Of a stretch of 64,000 bases of DNA, positions 12,401-24,770 are shown piece after piece. Source of the stretch: Lingula anatina (lineage: Eukaryota > Animalia > Brachiopoda); NCBI GenBank assembly GCA_051362555.1, contig CM120645.1, forward strand, positions 1,116,001 to 1,180,000, given 5' to 3'. How positions within the stretch are numbered: position 1 is the stretch's first letter; every line of letters starts with the position of its first letter. A program made the position numbers and the translations under genes. The notes under the pieces were generated by a model. It did not search any database, was not told the DNA's origin, and saw only the letters and a program-made list of their open reading frames with translations.

Positions 12401-15311
12401 ATAACGTATATCAGAAAATAGATGAAGATCGAGGAGTATAAAAAAACAGTAATGTTGGCAACCCCGTACACGTGTGTTTAGTATCGTAAACTTGTCCCTT
12501 GCTGTAGAGTCCACTTAACAACACACCTGGCATCCGACACGGCGTCCATCGCTTGATGAATCACCCTGTTAACACGATGAACGCTGGCCAGGAATGCGCT
12601 ACACGGCACTACCGTGAAAACACATGTTGCACAGTGATACAAGACAGTTAATGTACCCTGGCAATAAAGTCGCTGTCACTGAGTCCAGGTTTGGGCTTGA
12701 CAACATCACAATACCTGATGTACTAAGGTATTCAGGAGGTCGTTTTAGTGAAATTTAGCTGTAGGCCTATCTTATGCAGTGCTTTAATTAGTTAATGCAT
12801 TTAAGCGCTTTAAAGAATAAGATGCAGAGTAAGACACACACTTACACACACACTCACACACAGAAACAGCGCATTCAGGGATCAAATCAAAGTGATACCA
12901 TAATGCATGAAGCCGTAGTAGAATTCAAGTACACACTTTGCTTCTAAGTCATTGCTTTATATATAAAAAAAAACTCGCAGACAATCGCGATTTGAGCGAG
13001 AAATTAGAGGTGTATGTTAACCGATTGAGGCAGCAGAAGCGAACAAATAGCGACAAGACAGAGGTGGCCATACACAGTTAGCTATCAATCTAACCTCTGT
13101 ACCCCGCGCAGCTTACCTGCCAATGCTGAGGGCTCGCATTCGACATATCATACCCACTTTGTGATATCGTTTTACCAGACCTAGTACACCTAGTCACCTG
13201 TGCCTGCTTCGGCCCAGCGGCCACCATTTAAATCGAGATTATCCTTTCTTCGCGTTGAAAATTAAGTTCTACAAACCATTACAAGTGACTGTTTGAATAA
13301 AGACAAATGAACGCTATGAATATATATTTGTTGGCAAATCAGCATGAGTCATGTTGTAGGAAGGCTTTACCCCAAGTAAATAATTTCAGATAACATATAG
13401 GTTAAGTTATTCTCGAAAAAACAACAACAACTGCAGAACAACAATTTCCTCCTTTTGTTGGAGGTGTAGTGTCCGTTTCATTTCACGTCAAAAGAACTTT
13501 TTTCTACTAAGTAGGAAGCAATTGAAATTTCCTAACCGTAGGATATTTCATTACAGGGAGAGAGAGAGAGAGTATCACATACTGGTAAGATGAATTGCGG
13601 TAACTTCGAAACTGTACCCTGTAGTCTACTTACACATTAAACGAGGTTTTTAAGAGAGTTGATGCCATGAATGGACATATCAGTCAATCTCAAGAAAATA
13701 AAGCAGAAGCCCTGCGGAAGTTCTGACCGCCAAATGGAGAGTTGATCCTCTCGTCTGCTTCAATAACATTTCTGAAAGCGTCCAACGTTCGCCTCAAGAC
13801 TTTACCATTGAAAATTGGTTAAAAGTTGATTGAATGAATGTTGTGAATGTTTCGGGGCATGTCCGTTAAAAGTGACGAGAATAGAGAGCGTAGTGGTCAG
13901 GCGGAAAAAGTCACTTAACTTTACCAAATGCGTTCCTTCTATTCAAGCGAGCCTTGAGATTTATAAAAGATCTCTTTTTCGCCTCCCAGTGTTATGGCAT
14001 TAAGGGGTCGGGTGTCCCGCCGGAAGGGAAAGATAACTCAGAAACGAGCCCGTTACTACTTCGGACAAAGAAGTGTCGAAAACGTAGGAGAAACATTTGG
14101 AAAAACAGAAACAAGATTGGACACTCGATTTTAATATGCTAATTGACCTAGGGGTATTTTTTTCGTTAACTAACCCAAGGAACGCCGATTAAGTAACACG
14201 GGTAGAGAGGGACCTCTGTTCACCCTGGGGGTACACCTCCCTTGGGTTCCTATCATTGCGCAATGTGCGATATTAAGTATTACAACATTTATTGAAATTA
14301 CCCGGCTAAACTAACATCCTTATCTGACCATTCATCTGCGAGTTATTGGTTTACAAAATACCTGACCTAACCAAAAACAGCAGAGGAATAATTCCTCACC
14401 CGCTATTGATTCAAATCGCTACATTCTTCCGTCAACATGGGGATCAAGTCAAATACCTCGTAAAACCGCGAACACAACTATTCTTTATCCATCAACGTTT
14501 ACGATCTCGGCTTTCTTTAATCGATATCTTGAACATATTCTTAACGAATGGTTTCCCATTGTATCCGCAGAAGTGCCGCTAACAACACTCCGGCTTTCAT
14601 CACGTCGTGGTAATAAAAACCAGAAGAAAAACCCCCAGAAATGGTTAACGCCGTTTACAAACGGACTTTTGTTACAAGAAAAACAATTGGAAAAAGACGG
14701 TTCTTTATTTTTGAGCATCCAAGTCAACGCACATGTCGATGCGTTGGCGGGACCATACTGAAGGAATTTACTTCTTTTTCAACATTTAAATCCTCGGTAC
14801 CTAAACATTTTACTTTCATTTAACAGAGTCTATTTTCGTGTTGTACATATGTAAAGCAAGTCGTAAATAGCACAAAGACGAAAGTGCCGACTGAAAAAAA
14901 TCATTATGGTTCTTTATCGTAAAATCCAACCCAAGTACTGTGTGCTTTACTTGTATTTGTACCTTCTAGAAATGATACTAGGTATCTGGCCAGCCTTTGT
15001 TTTTGTAGATTTTGTTTTTAAAAGATTATTTAAACATTCATTTGATGTTGTTGTCCTCTTCAAATGAGCGATTTCTGAAATATTTAACTCGAACGAGAGA
15101 GATGTCCAGTCCTACTCTGGTTTCTGTAAGCACCGTTTCCATTGTTGTTTTGCCAAACTGGGGAAGCAGATGTCGACAGAGGCAAGATGGGTTTTCCACG
15201 TGAACTGACGAAACCCCCGAGAACAAAACAAACCGAACTGGAATTCTTTGTTCTAAATGGAGAAATATTCCACATGATTAACATACGCGATCTCTAGCAA
15301 TGTTTGCCCAT

Positions 15312-15346
15312 AGAGAAAGAGAGAGAGAGGGGGGGGGGGGGGTTGG

Positions 15347-15377
<31 letters not shown>

Positions 15378-15433
15378 GGGGGGGTTGGGGAGAGAGAGAG
15401 AGAGAGAGGGTTGGAGAGAGGGAGGGAGGGAGG
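15312..15433. repeat. Compound (GA)n / poly-G tract
   Basis: Seen directly. Confidence 0.9.
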
Positions 15434-16835
15434 ACAAACCCTCCAAACCGTTAAATACTGCATCAACAGGCTCATGTTCTCCGTATTTCCCGTTAGTCAC
15501 TTAATGAAAGTCTAATGTCTTCCTCGGCGACCACACCGACATGCCTCACTTAAGGCGTTTCACAATTCGGATTCAAACAACATCCCTCGTCTCCTTAAGA
15601 GCGTTCCGGTCATCAAGCTAATTCTCTACGACTACCTACAAAGTTGCGGTTGATCTTCTAACATTATAACAAACTTTATAAGAATTCCGGGACAGTAATG
15701 AAGACAAAATAAGCTAAATATTTCCCTAAAGGGACGAGCGTCGACTGACCCCGAATCTGTAATGGAGCAATGGACGTCTGATCTATGGAAATATCGCGTG
15801 TTAAACAACCTTCTTTAAGAGAGTGGATAAAAAAGATGAAAACTGCGTTGGGTTGGTCGAAGAGAGATGAAAGACATAGACGTATTAGACGTGACAGAAA
15901 ACCCCTCTAAAGGGGGCTGCAGTTTCATTTCAAAAGATGTTTCTGGACGCGGGTAATGACTTTTGGATCAGCATGCGGAAATGAGGGCCTTGGCTATTAG
16001 TTCGTATTCAACTCTCCCCGTGCTACATGGCGTGTCTATAGAGAAAGGTGTGCAGCGAACATCGGCGGAATACTCACCGCTTTTCTTTGATATTACAGTT
16101 TGGGACATTGACGGATGGCCAGGGATTGAAGGCAGTTGATGAGTTACCGTGCGGCTTTGGTTAAGATAGCGGACCCCCCCCCCCCCCCCCAATTCCGTAC
16201 AGCGCAGAACGCACGGGACAATTTCTCAACTGGTATTTTAGAAGCAACTTGATCACAAAGCCATAGTTTTCTAAGCTCCAAAATAAGTCAACGGAATGCC
16301 GCAGTATATATATAGTTTCGGATACCTTGATACCTAAGAGGCTTGGCATACATATTTTTGTGTAGAATGCATGTGACAGATGTGAGAAGGATGGAAGTAT
16401 TTGAACTCAAACGACCTGTCATTTGGCAATATGAAAATGTGGATCTAGAAATCAAAATATGCAATCAATAAAATCAGTGAATTCCATCATAACATTAGTT
16501 CCAGATTAAAGAAAAAAATAATATCCAAACACCGAATCCTGGTCATAATTCAAAGTCCGGTCAAGTCTATTACACAAGGTTTCCGACCGGTTAGAGAACG
16601 AATTTTTGCCCACTCTCCCCCTTCAACATAAGAGCTTGGGCAATATTTGATACAACAGTTTTAATGAACTTTAAATATTACAACCATTTCCTTTGTTTAC
16701 ATAATTCTGACAGTGTACATATATTCGTTCTTCAAGCTGTCACAAACCGAGTGTGACAACAGCTCGCAAAACCCCCGTAGAAAACCCTTTAATAAGTCCC
16801 AGAATACTTGAACACCAAACAAAAAGCAACCTCAC

Positions 16836-17077
16836 CTATATTGATCACCGGGCCAAACACCGAGGCGTCATCCACCGTGCTGCAGTTCCACCGTCTCTCC
16901 ATAAACTGTCGCTGACACTCCCGGATCCCAAGACGAGCCCCGCGGCTGATGGCCGGCATATGGTCCTGGTAAGTCTGGCACAGCTTGGTCTGCTGGACGG
17001 ACAGCCCCGGCAGCTGGCTACACAGGGGCTGCGCGCTTAAGATGTACAGCTGGGGGTTCCGGAGAACGCCTAAGTTC
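16836..17077 (-). CDS. Wnt5: Wnt5 coding exon 2 (242 bp)
   Basis: Hand translation: NLGVLRNPQLYILSAQPLCSQLPGLSVQQTKLCQTYQDHMPAISRGARLGIRECQRQFMERRWNCSTVDDASVFGPVINI. Matches the WNT5A pattern AQPLCSQLxGLS...YQDHM...RRWNCSTVD. Acceptor ttctctcccag, donor GTGAG; phases 2 and 1 fit both neighbouring exons. Not shown in the ORF track. Confidence 0.96.
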
Positions 17078-18762
17078 CTGGGAGAGAAATGGTGTGAGGC
17101 GTTTATTAAAGTTGATGTAATGTTGAGAATTGTGATAACAAAATATGTAGAAATTACTGGGTGGAATCAATATTGGGTAATTCAAAGGAGAATGGGTCTT
17201 TGTCTAAGAAGACTGTTACCAAAATTGTTTTAAGATTTTTTTTTTATATAAAAAAGGGACGGAGAAGAAATTGAAAAATTGTAATTAAACTAGAATGTTG
17301 TATTTTGAAAAAAAAAAGAACAAGAAAGAAATGAAACAAAAATGGCTTATTCTGAGACATTCTCAATCAAAGTATAAAGATAAGGAAAGGTAAGAAGTTG
17401 ATCGATACAATATTTTTTCTTTGACCAATCACTTCTCAGGGGCACCGAAAATGCGGGATGACAAGCTCTGGAAATTGCAGAGCAACTATTTTCCTCTGTA
17501 ATAATAAAGTTATATCTCAATTTGTTGTGGAGATTCATTTTACATGAATGACAATTAACAAATTCAGTGACTTCATTATAGAATTTGGCATTGTACTGAT
17601 TTCAGTATTTCAGTATTTTTATAATTAAGAGAATATCCACAAGGATAGAAACGCCAAAGAAAATAGATTACGATTTAACCTAGCCAAAAATCCACAGACC
17701 TTTACATGGCCAACGATGCGACTATGCAGAAACTTATTTGCTTTTCATTAAAGATAACATTTGAAAATTAGATCAAATCGAATCTTCGTCAAAGATAAAA
17801 ACAGCAGAAGAAATGAAGAATCATAAAAACACCCGAGAGGGAACGCCACAAATCTAATAACCCAGGAATATTTTACCATACCGCGTTCATATCTAAGGAT
17901 CAAAGACGCCAAGATCGATATATATTCAATTTAAGCCGTTGATGTTACTCTATTAAAAGCTCATCAGCAGTGGCACGGCGTGTTTCACAACTATTTCTAT
18001 TTGCATCATTAGGGGCTTCACCAGACGAAAAACTGCAGTGTACTGTCTGTTATTTTAAACAAAACAAATCCCCGCACACACAGTCTATACTGTTAAAAAC
18101 TAAAAACGTGATCAGTTATTCACTTTTGCCAAAGTGGCAAGAAATTGAACCAGATTGTCTTAAATGTCTTAGTGCTAGAAAATATGGACATTTTGCCTGC
18201 ACTTACTGATCCATGATCCAGTTTTTCCAAAATGGCCGACAAGGGCTACAGTGTTTGAAAGGGCCTTATATTAATTCGCCACAAATGTAATTTTTGTTGT
18301 GGGTGAAACGGTTTATAATCAAAAGCAATATGCTAGACAAAAGTGTAAATGTATCAAAATTAATTTAGATAAATACGACATGTCTATATGACTATATTCA
18401 TCACCGAAACTGTCACGTTTTTCTCATTTTTATACATTTTACAACCACCCAAACAGCGCTCTTAATTGTTTGTTTTGACACAAGACAACTAATATATCTA
18501 GAGGGTCGCAGGTAGTGATAAACCAGAGTAGTTAATTGAGTTGTGTAATTTCTCAGCTTCGATCTTCTGTCTTTCTGGATAGTTTACAATAAATAAATTT
18601 CACTACCTTCGCCTAACTGAGTGTTTGAAAAAGAATTTAATGGTTATATATTTTTAAAAAATCAACAAACAAAGGTTCTCCTTCGGAGGTACAATATCAT
18701 AATCATAATATGATAATTCGTTAGAGAAGATATTATTTTTAGACGAATTATCGATGACAACA

Positions 18763-18764
<2 letters not shown>

Positions 18765-18808
<44 letters not shown>

Positions 18809-18829
18809 AGAGAGAGAGAGATAGAGAGA
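18765..18829. repeat. (GA)n microsatellite
   Basis: Seen directly. Confidence 0.9.
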
Positions 18830-21422
18830 ATGTCGCAATCCAAGCCAGTAAATGTAAAATGCTTTGTGTAACTTGAGCTTTGAAGCACACATTCTGCACA
18901 TTTAAAGCTATAATAACGGATCTCCCTGTACATAATGCTATACCGTGAGTAAAAGTATTGTTGTATTAAACGTTATATTATAATTACGAGGGGTTTAATT
19001 CATCGACCTTAACACCTGAGAGTTTTACATGACAAGGAGTGAAAGAACGACGTAATCAAGCACTGTAATTACAATAATAAAGAACTATAATAGTCTGGTG
19101 TAACTGAGTGAATGGTACTTTTATTGTATATTAGAACCTTTAGGTCGAGAGCGCGGTTTGTAATTTTGCCCTTTTCAAATACTTCGAGGATTTCACGTTA
19201 TTGGATACTGACCTCTCTCTCTCTCTCTCGGTGTGGTGATAAGGGCTATACATATAGTGTATAATTCAAGTAATATACAAACTCCCAGTGGACAAAATTA
19301 CTTTATTCTAGCAAGGCTTACCTTTTGTCGTTTTTATTCAGAAAACTTTGATACTTAACAAAAAACAGGGAATAAATGAGATGAAAATCACAAGACTCAG
19401 TTATGTCAGTTTCTGTAGTCGGAGTTCGAAAGATATAAAATATGGATACACTATAAGTCGGAATGGACAATATTACTCATATAAGACTGCAGAGGCTTAG
19501 TGCGTGTGTTCAGCCATCAAAGCATGCGCATTTTCTGCTCGAGGAACCTGGTATTATATCTTAACAAATAAAACACGTGTAGCGATTTTCAAGGTGCGGA
19601 GAGAGAGAGAGAGAACAAAGCTGTCGCCCCCCCCCCTCTCCCCCGCCCCTGGAACGCGGCCAATAGCAAGTCAAGTGTGTGTGATCGTTATTGTGTCAAC
19701 AGAGGTACTAGGACTTAAAGTTTGCCAATATTGTACCGACTGTTGTTATAGACGTGGGATTAGCCCGATTGGAAATTTAATAACATCAGGGTTGAATGGG
19801 TGAGAGGGAAGATACGGTGCTTCAAGCAGGGCGGGGGGGGGGGGGGGGGGGTACCAGGGGGGTGGGGAGGTGATGGTTAGGTTGATGCCACAGACGAGGG
19901 AAGCTGAGATGGGTGGGGGTGGGGTTAGGATTGCCGTCAAATGAGTGCAGTTCTTCAATTTGAAATTTACAGCCGTTAAATGAGGTTTCTGTTATTCATA
20001 TGCCAAGGTACTTTAACGCGTTTTTTCGCCTCTTTATTTTAAAGGCCATTTCCGCTACCTACCCCTCTTATAGACACGAAATAAACCCTTGAGAATATAT
20101 CTGTAAATATTCGGATAGGCACTTGGTATGTGTAATTATCTGTGAAATTCCTCCTCTTTGTTCTGTTTTTTTTTTCTCCACAAAATACATTTGTTATTGT
20201 ATTGTGTATTTAGCTATTGACAACACATCTTATTGCTTTCAGAACGATTAAGTTTTCAACTTTGTAAGAAATATGGGATAGGTTTGAGAAGCGAACCAGT
20301 GACAGCTCTCACCTGACATTTTATCCACACTCTATTGACAAGCTTATCTAACGGTAATTATAATACCTGCAACACTTGAGGACTCTTTTGGAGGTAAATA
20401 TCTAGAGGCCGAGGCCGGCCCTCACGCTGGGAGATCCCTATAGTTTGTTGACTTTCTATTTAAGTCATAGAAGAGAACAAACAGAGATCGCCTTAGATCT
20501 TTATAATTGCACTGTTTCTGATCGTGATTCCTTTAAGATTCACGTTTCTCTCAATCGAAAACGATGCTGACGTTATCAGTGTGTTTGACTGTTGTCTTCT
20601 CATTTCACTTACGATTACTATTTGGTGGACCTAGGGTTAGGGCTCTTGTTTTCTGAACACGTTCATAATCGGTCTAACTTAGACCAGGCGTCAACTAAAT
20701 GACGTCATGAAATTGTTTAACGCACATTTCGGTATTCAGGATTTAAGCTCTTAAGGGGATTACCTACTTAATCAAGTTTTTTTATATCAGTCTCATGATT
20801 TTCAGTTTAAGTTTTTCTCGTTATGAACACAACCGGCGTCAAGCTATGAACGTGCCAGGAAAGCACGTGCGGCGACGTCCATTCTCATTGATAGCAGTTT
20901 AATCAAAAGATACAGTTTATCGAATTTAGATTCCTCACATGGAAATCACGCCGATGCCGATCTGCAGAGTAATGCCTAGTGAATGGATTACATCCCTGTC
21001 TCTTGTCATAAGAGGGATTGATAGCGAACCTTCATGGGGCGAGACTAATGAAAATGTCTTGTGTGCAACACGATGGAGTGAAATCTATCTTCAGATATCA
21101 AAGGGAGCTCTCTATTCACCGTACTGTCTACTGGCAATATCGACACAAAACTTGCTTGTCTGATACGCTTGCCGATCAATGAAGGCGCATGACAAAAAAG
21201 CTTTGAGACTTCGTCACTGTAGCTGGCCCGGGTTGATACCGTAATGTGTGATACTGGGGGGAGGGGGAGGGGGGGGGAGGGGGAGGGGGTGGGGGGGAGG
21301 GGGTAACAGATAATAATGTCGAGATTATTTATTTGAGTTGGGACCTATCGAGAACTAACTGTAGCATAATTATGAAACTGGATTCAATTTTTTTTTTGAA
21401 AACTATAATTTATTTCACTTAC

Positions 21423-21520
21423 CACCACATGTGATTAACTGCAGACGATAATAAGATCTGGCCTAACAAGACCACCGCTAGTAAGACGCGGTGTAAGTCA
21501 CAGCGTTCTCTCCACGCCAT
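21423..21520 (-). CDS. Wnt5: Wnt5 coding exon 1 (start codon and signal peptide); whole exon about 21423-21616
   Basis: aacaaaATGG at 21520 opens MAWRERCDLHRVLLAVVLLGQILLSSAVNHMW-W with a hydrophobic signal peptide. Ends TG|GTAAGT (phase 2), completing the Wnt WW motif with the next exon. In-frame TAA upstream; acceptor tttctcaatttcag at 21617. Confidence 0.9.
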
Positions 21521-24080
21521 TTTGTTCTCCCTGACTTCTAATCCACTGTCTTCACTCACATCAGTGCTGTGTTCCGTTTAAATCTTTCTGAATGATCCTG
21601 CCCTCTTACCGCCAGCCTGAAATTGAGAAAAAACAAAGGTTGACATTCCTGCAATTAACCCTGTCACATCCACCTCGCACTACGGCTTCTCCGCAACTCA
21701 CTTAAAACCTTTTAAAGCGTTTACCGGCGGAGGCAAGAGGTGCACATTTAACGTGTTCTGTTTCAGAGTTGTACAGTGACACTAGCTGCTCTTCTCTCGG
21801 TTGATTGCTGGAGTTTCTATAGACTATGATGAACGCTGAAGTATGCTTCAGAGTACTTTGGACTCTGGGTCTATTTAACAGGTTTTAAAAACAACATAAC
21901 ACTGGTAGACTCAACGCTTCATTTAACTCCACAGAGAAAAAATAACGTGTAGGGTTCGTCGGGTTTAAGACCCTCTGTGCTATATTTATATAATAATAAT
22001 AGTAATAACACGGAAACGTAGAAATATTTTACAACAGCAGGTGGATCTGAAGTGTGGTTTGCCCGGGTGCTTGCGAACTTACTATCACATAAAGATAGCG
22101 TTTAAGAAAACTTGCGTCACAAAAATGACTGCACACAAAACCTTAAACGTATATCCGATAAGTAGCATTTCCTGAATATTTTGACTTCTAAACACATATC
22201 CCTTGACGGGTTGCCAAGGTTGGTCGGTGAAAAATCTCAGTTTCCTGAGCCCTTTATTTCAACACTAGGCGTTGTTAAAGTTTGTCTGAGCGTTCGTCAC
22301 TCTGCCAAAACGTAGCAAGGTCTTCAAATGCAGAAAGTATCTGTTCAGACATTTGGGATATTCTTGTTAAGAAATTTTAAGAATCTTCAGCAGTAAAGGT
22401 AGAGAGCGGATCTGAGACTTTGCGTTTTCTCTAAGAGAAATGAAAAATACTGAGCACAAACAACAAGTGATTTCGTCCGGTGTCTTCCCCAAACTCTGCC
22501 TTCTCAGTGACACAAGGTAAGGAAACACCTAGCGTTCTGTGCGCTCTCACAAAGGACAGGTCAATCGTAAGATTGTATGACAACCAAACTAAATGTCACT
22601 GCATTGTGGACGCGAAGTTCGTGTCGTGACCCGCGTTAAGTTGACAGTAATTTGGGATCAGAGTCAATCCTTTCACAGTGTCACTCACGACACTCCTCCC
22701 AGCGAAGATGCACCCCTCTTTGTTCTCCGCTCGACAAATCCCAGGGCCTAAAGTTCATTATAATGTTGCCATTGGCCTCGGTATCTTGTTATAAACTTAA
22801 TGATATGGCCCTGCGAACTAAGATATCAACTCGGTGAGAGGCTTTCTTGTTCCGACTTTGGCACGCCCCCCTCAGGCGTGTGACCGATACTTGGGAGAGT
22901 TAGACCGCGTTAACAAATATCACCTTAAACCCAAATGTTTGCTGTTTATTAAAAGCTCACAAACCGCAAGCATATCGCCCATATGAAACTACAGGAGTGT
23001 GAATTAGAAGGGAAAGTCGAGAGTTTGACAAAGAGGTGACCCAATCGGATGGTGGTATTAAACGACACAGGATAATGTTTTGATGCTGATATTACACATG
23101 TTAACAACAGTGGTTCGCCACACGTAACATGAACTTCCACATGTTCAGCATTGTGAGAAGAAATACATTTCTCCGTCGATACCCGGCATAAATCAAAGTT
23201 TGTAAATATTCCAAAATTACTCTATTTTCCGCTTTGTGTTCGCATTCACTTGAAAGTTAATCAAGCGGTTCAGCGACTCGGTGGTATGTTGAACTTTTTT
23301 GTCAGTTCGCTCCGATCAAATAAACCGACTAATGACACGAAAATTCGTGTACAAGGGTCGCTCTTGGTAGCACGGAGGGCCTTTCTACACGGTACCTCTG
23401 CATCACAATCCCTGGCATCATTGATAATTACTGACCAGAAAAGAGGGTTCTTCTTACGTTTTGTCGTCGGCCCTTGCCCGAGGAGAAAGTTGTGCTTGAG
23501 ACAGGCCTAGTGTAAACGAGAGCTCGGTGTGTATCAACAAATAGCTAAAACACTCTTGTTGAACTAGAGATTATTAATAAGACGGATAGCTTATACAAAG
23601 TAACTAATCCGCGGCCTTAGAGAAACTTCATACATATTTAACCCCCTTCAATGATTTAATCAGTTATGGAAATTCGATGATTCTAGAAATTCTTTGTTCA
23701 CAAGATATCTATGTTTTTCCATTACAAAAAAAGACGTCTGCCGTGGTACGTTAGCCCTGTATTGCGTTAGAATTGTGTGTGGGAAAAAATAAACGGAAAA
23801 GGTGTGCTCGGTTTCAATGCAGTCCCAAATATTTTGACATTTGGTCGCGGTATTTTATTTGTTTGTTCTCCGCCATAATTATTTGTTCCAATAAACATCA
23901 AAAGGGGAAGTGGCTAAAATAAGAATTTAAAAAGACTAAAAAACAGCCGCCTTTTTTCTTAAGTGCGTCTTTGCCGGGCAAGACCCCAGACTTAAAACAT
24001 CCTTTAAACTGCTTAAAAGCACTTAACACTGCCGATGAAAAGGTATAAATCACGAGAGAAACATTAGACGCTCAGTTTAC

Positions 24081-24675
24081 CTGCAAGATGACGCTCGCGA
24101 TGTTAAGTCCAATTGTCCACTGAGGTCCAGTCCGTGCCGCTCAGATGTACAGCCAAGTGGACAAATCACCCCCGGTTAACAGCCTCTATCAGTCTATTAA
24201 AGAGTCAAACGCTTCACGAGCACTGTGATAACATCGAGGCAAGAGTAGACGACATTAAGTAGTAGGCATTGTGCCCAGAAGTACTTAATGATCTTTGGGA
24301 GATCGCTCTGGCCACTTACATTATCGTCCGGTCCGTCACTGACGTTAAGTGCGATCTCGGCGTCCTGGGCGTTAAATCCAAGCGTTTCTATAAATGTACT
24401 GCTCCTGCTGTCAACAGATGAGTAGTAAACCTTCCACACGCTGTAAAATCCACTGCTAGAGTACTACAGGCTCTCGATTGTATATCGGTGTGTACGTTTT
24501 TGGTTCAACTATATCCTGCACTGTGAGAACGAACACACTATGTACTAACACTCCAACTACAGTATGCGACCTATTTTTTTAATCAAATCAAACGCGCTGT
24601 CATAAAAGAAATAAAAAAATTCCCGGCGTCGCTGCAGCTGCGTGGTGTGAGTTGCCCTCTGTAGTTGGAAAGTGG
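24081..24675 (-). other. Wnt5: Probable non-coding first (5'UTR) exon of Wnt5
   Basis: Donor CAG|GTAAAC at 24080, downstream of the promoter-like cluster at 24668-24770. The ATG exon has a clear acceptor, so it needs an upstream exon. The 5' end is approximate. Confidence 0.5.
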
Positions 24676-24770
24676 TCCAGCTCGCGCGAGCTCAGCCGAT
24701 GATATATTGACGTCAGGACGCGGTCATTGGACAGAACACAGCGCCACTGTCGCCATCTATCGGTGACGTG
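24668..24770 (-). promoter_or_regulatory. Candidate proximal Wnt5 core promoter
   Basis: Read on the minus strand: CCAAT (24730-24726), full CRE TGACGTCA (24708-24715), TATA-like AATATAT (~24708-24702), then Inr-like CCACTTT (24675-24669) about 30 nt downstream. CpG-rich, with a second TGACGT at ~24764. Confidence 0.55.

Noticed and set aside
13111-13230. Strong minus-strand donor CAG|GTAAGC inside a Wnt5 intron
   Set aside because: The nearest ATGs give phase 0 or 2, not the phase 1 the next exon needs, and there is no clear acceptor. Isolated GGTAAG hits occur on both strands at similar rates.
21256-21303. G-run tract with G-quadruplex potential near the Wnt5 ATG exon (also 19832, 35699)
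   Set aside because: Poly-G/C runs are common across this window, so there is no locus-specific signal.
22510-22525. Plus-strand donor AAG|GTAAGG (possible antisense lncRNA)
   Set aside because: A single motif with no partner exon or promoter evidence.
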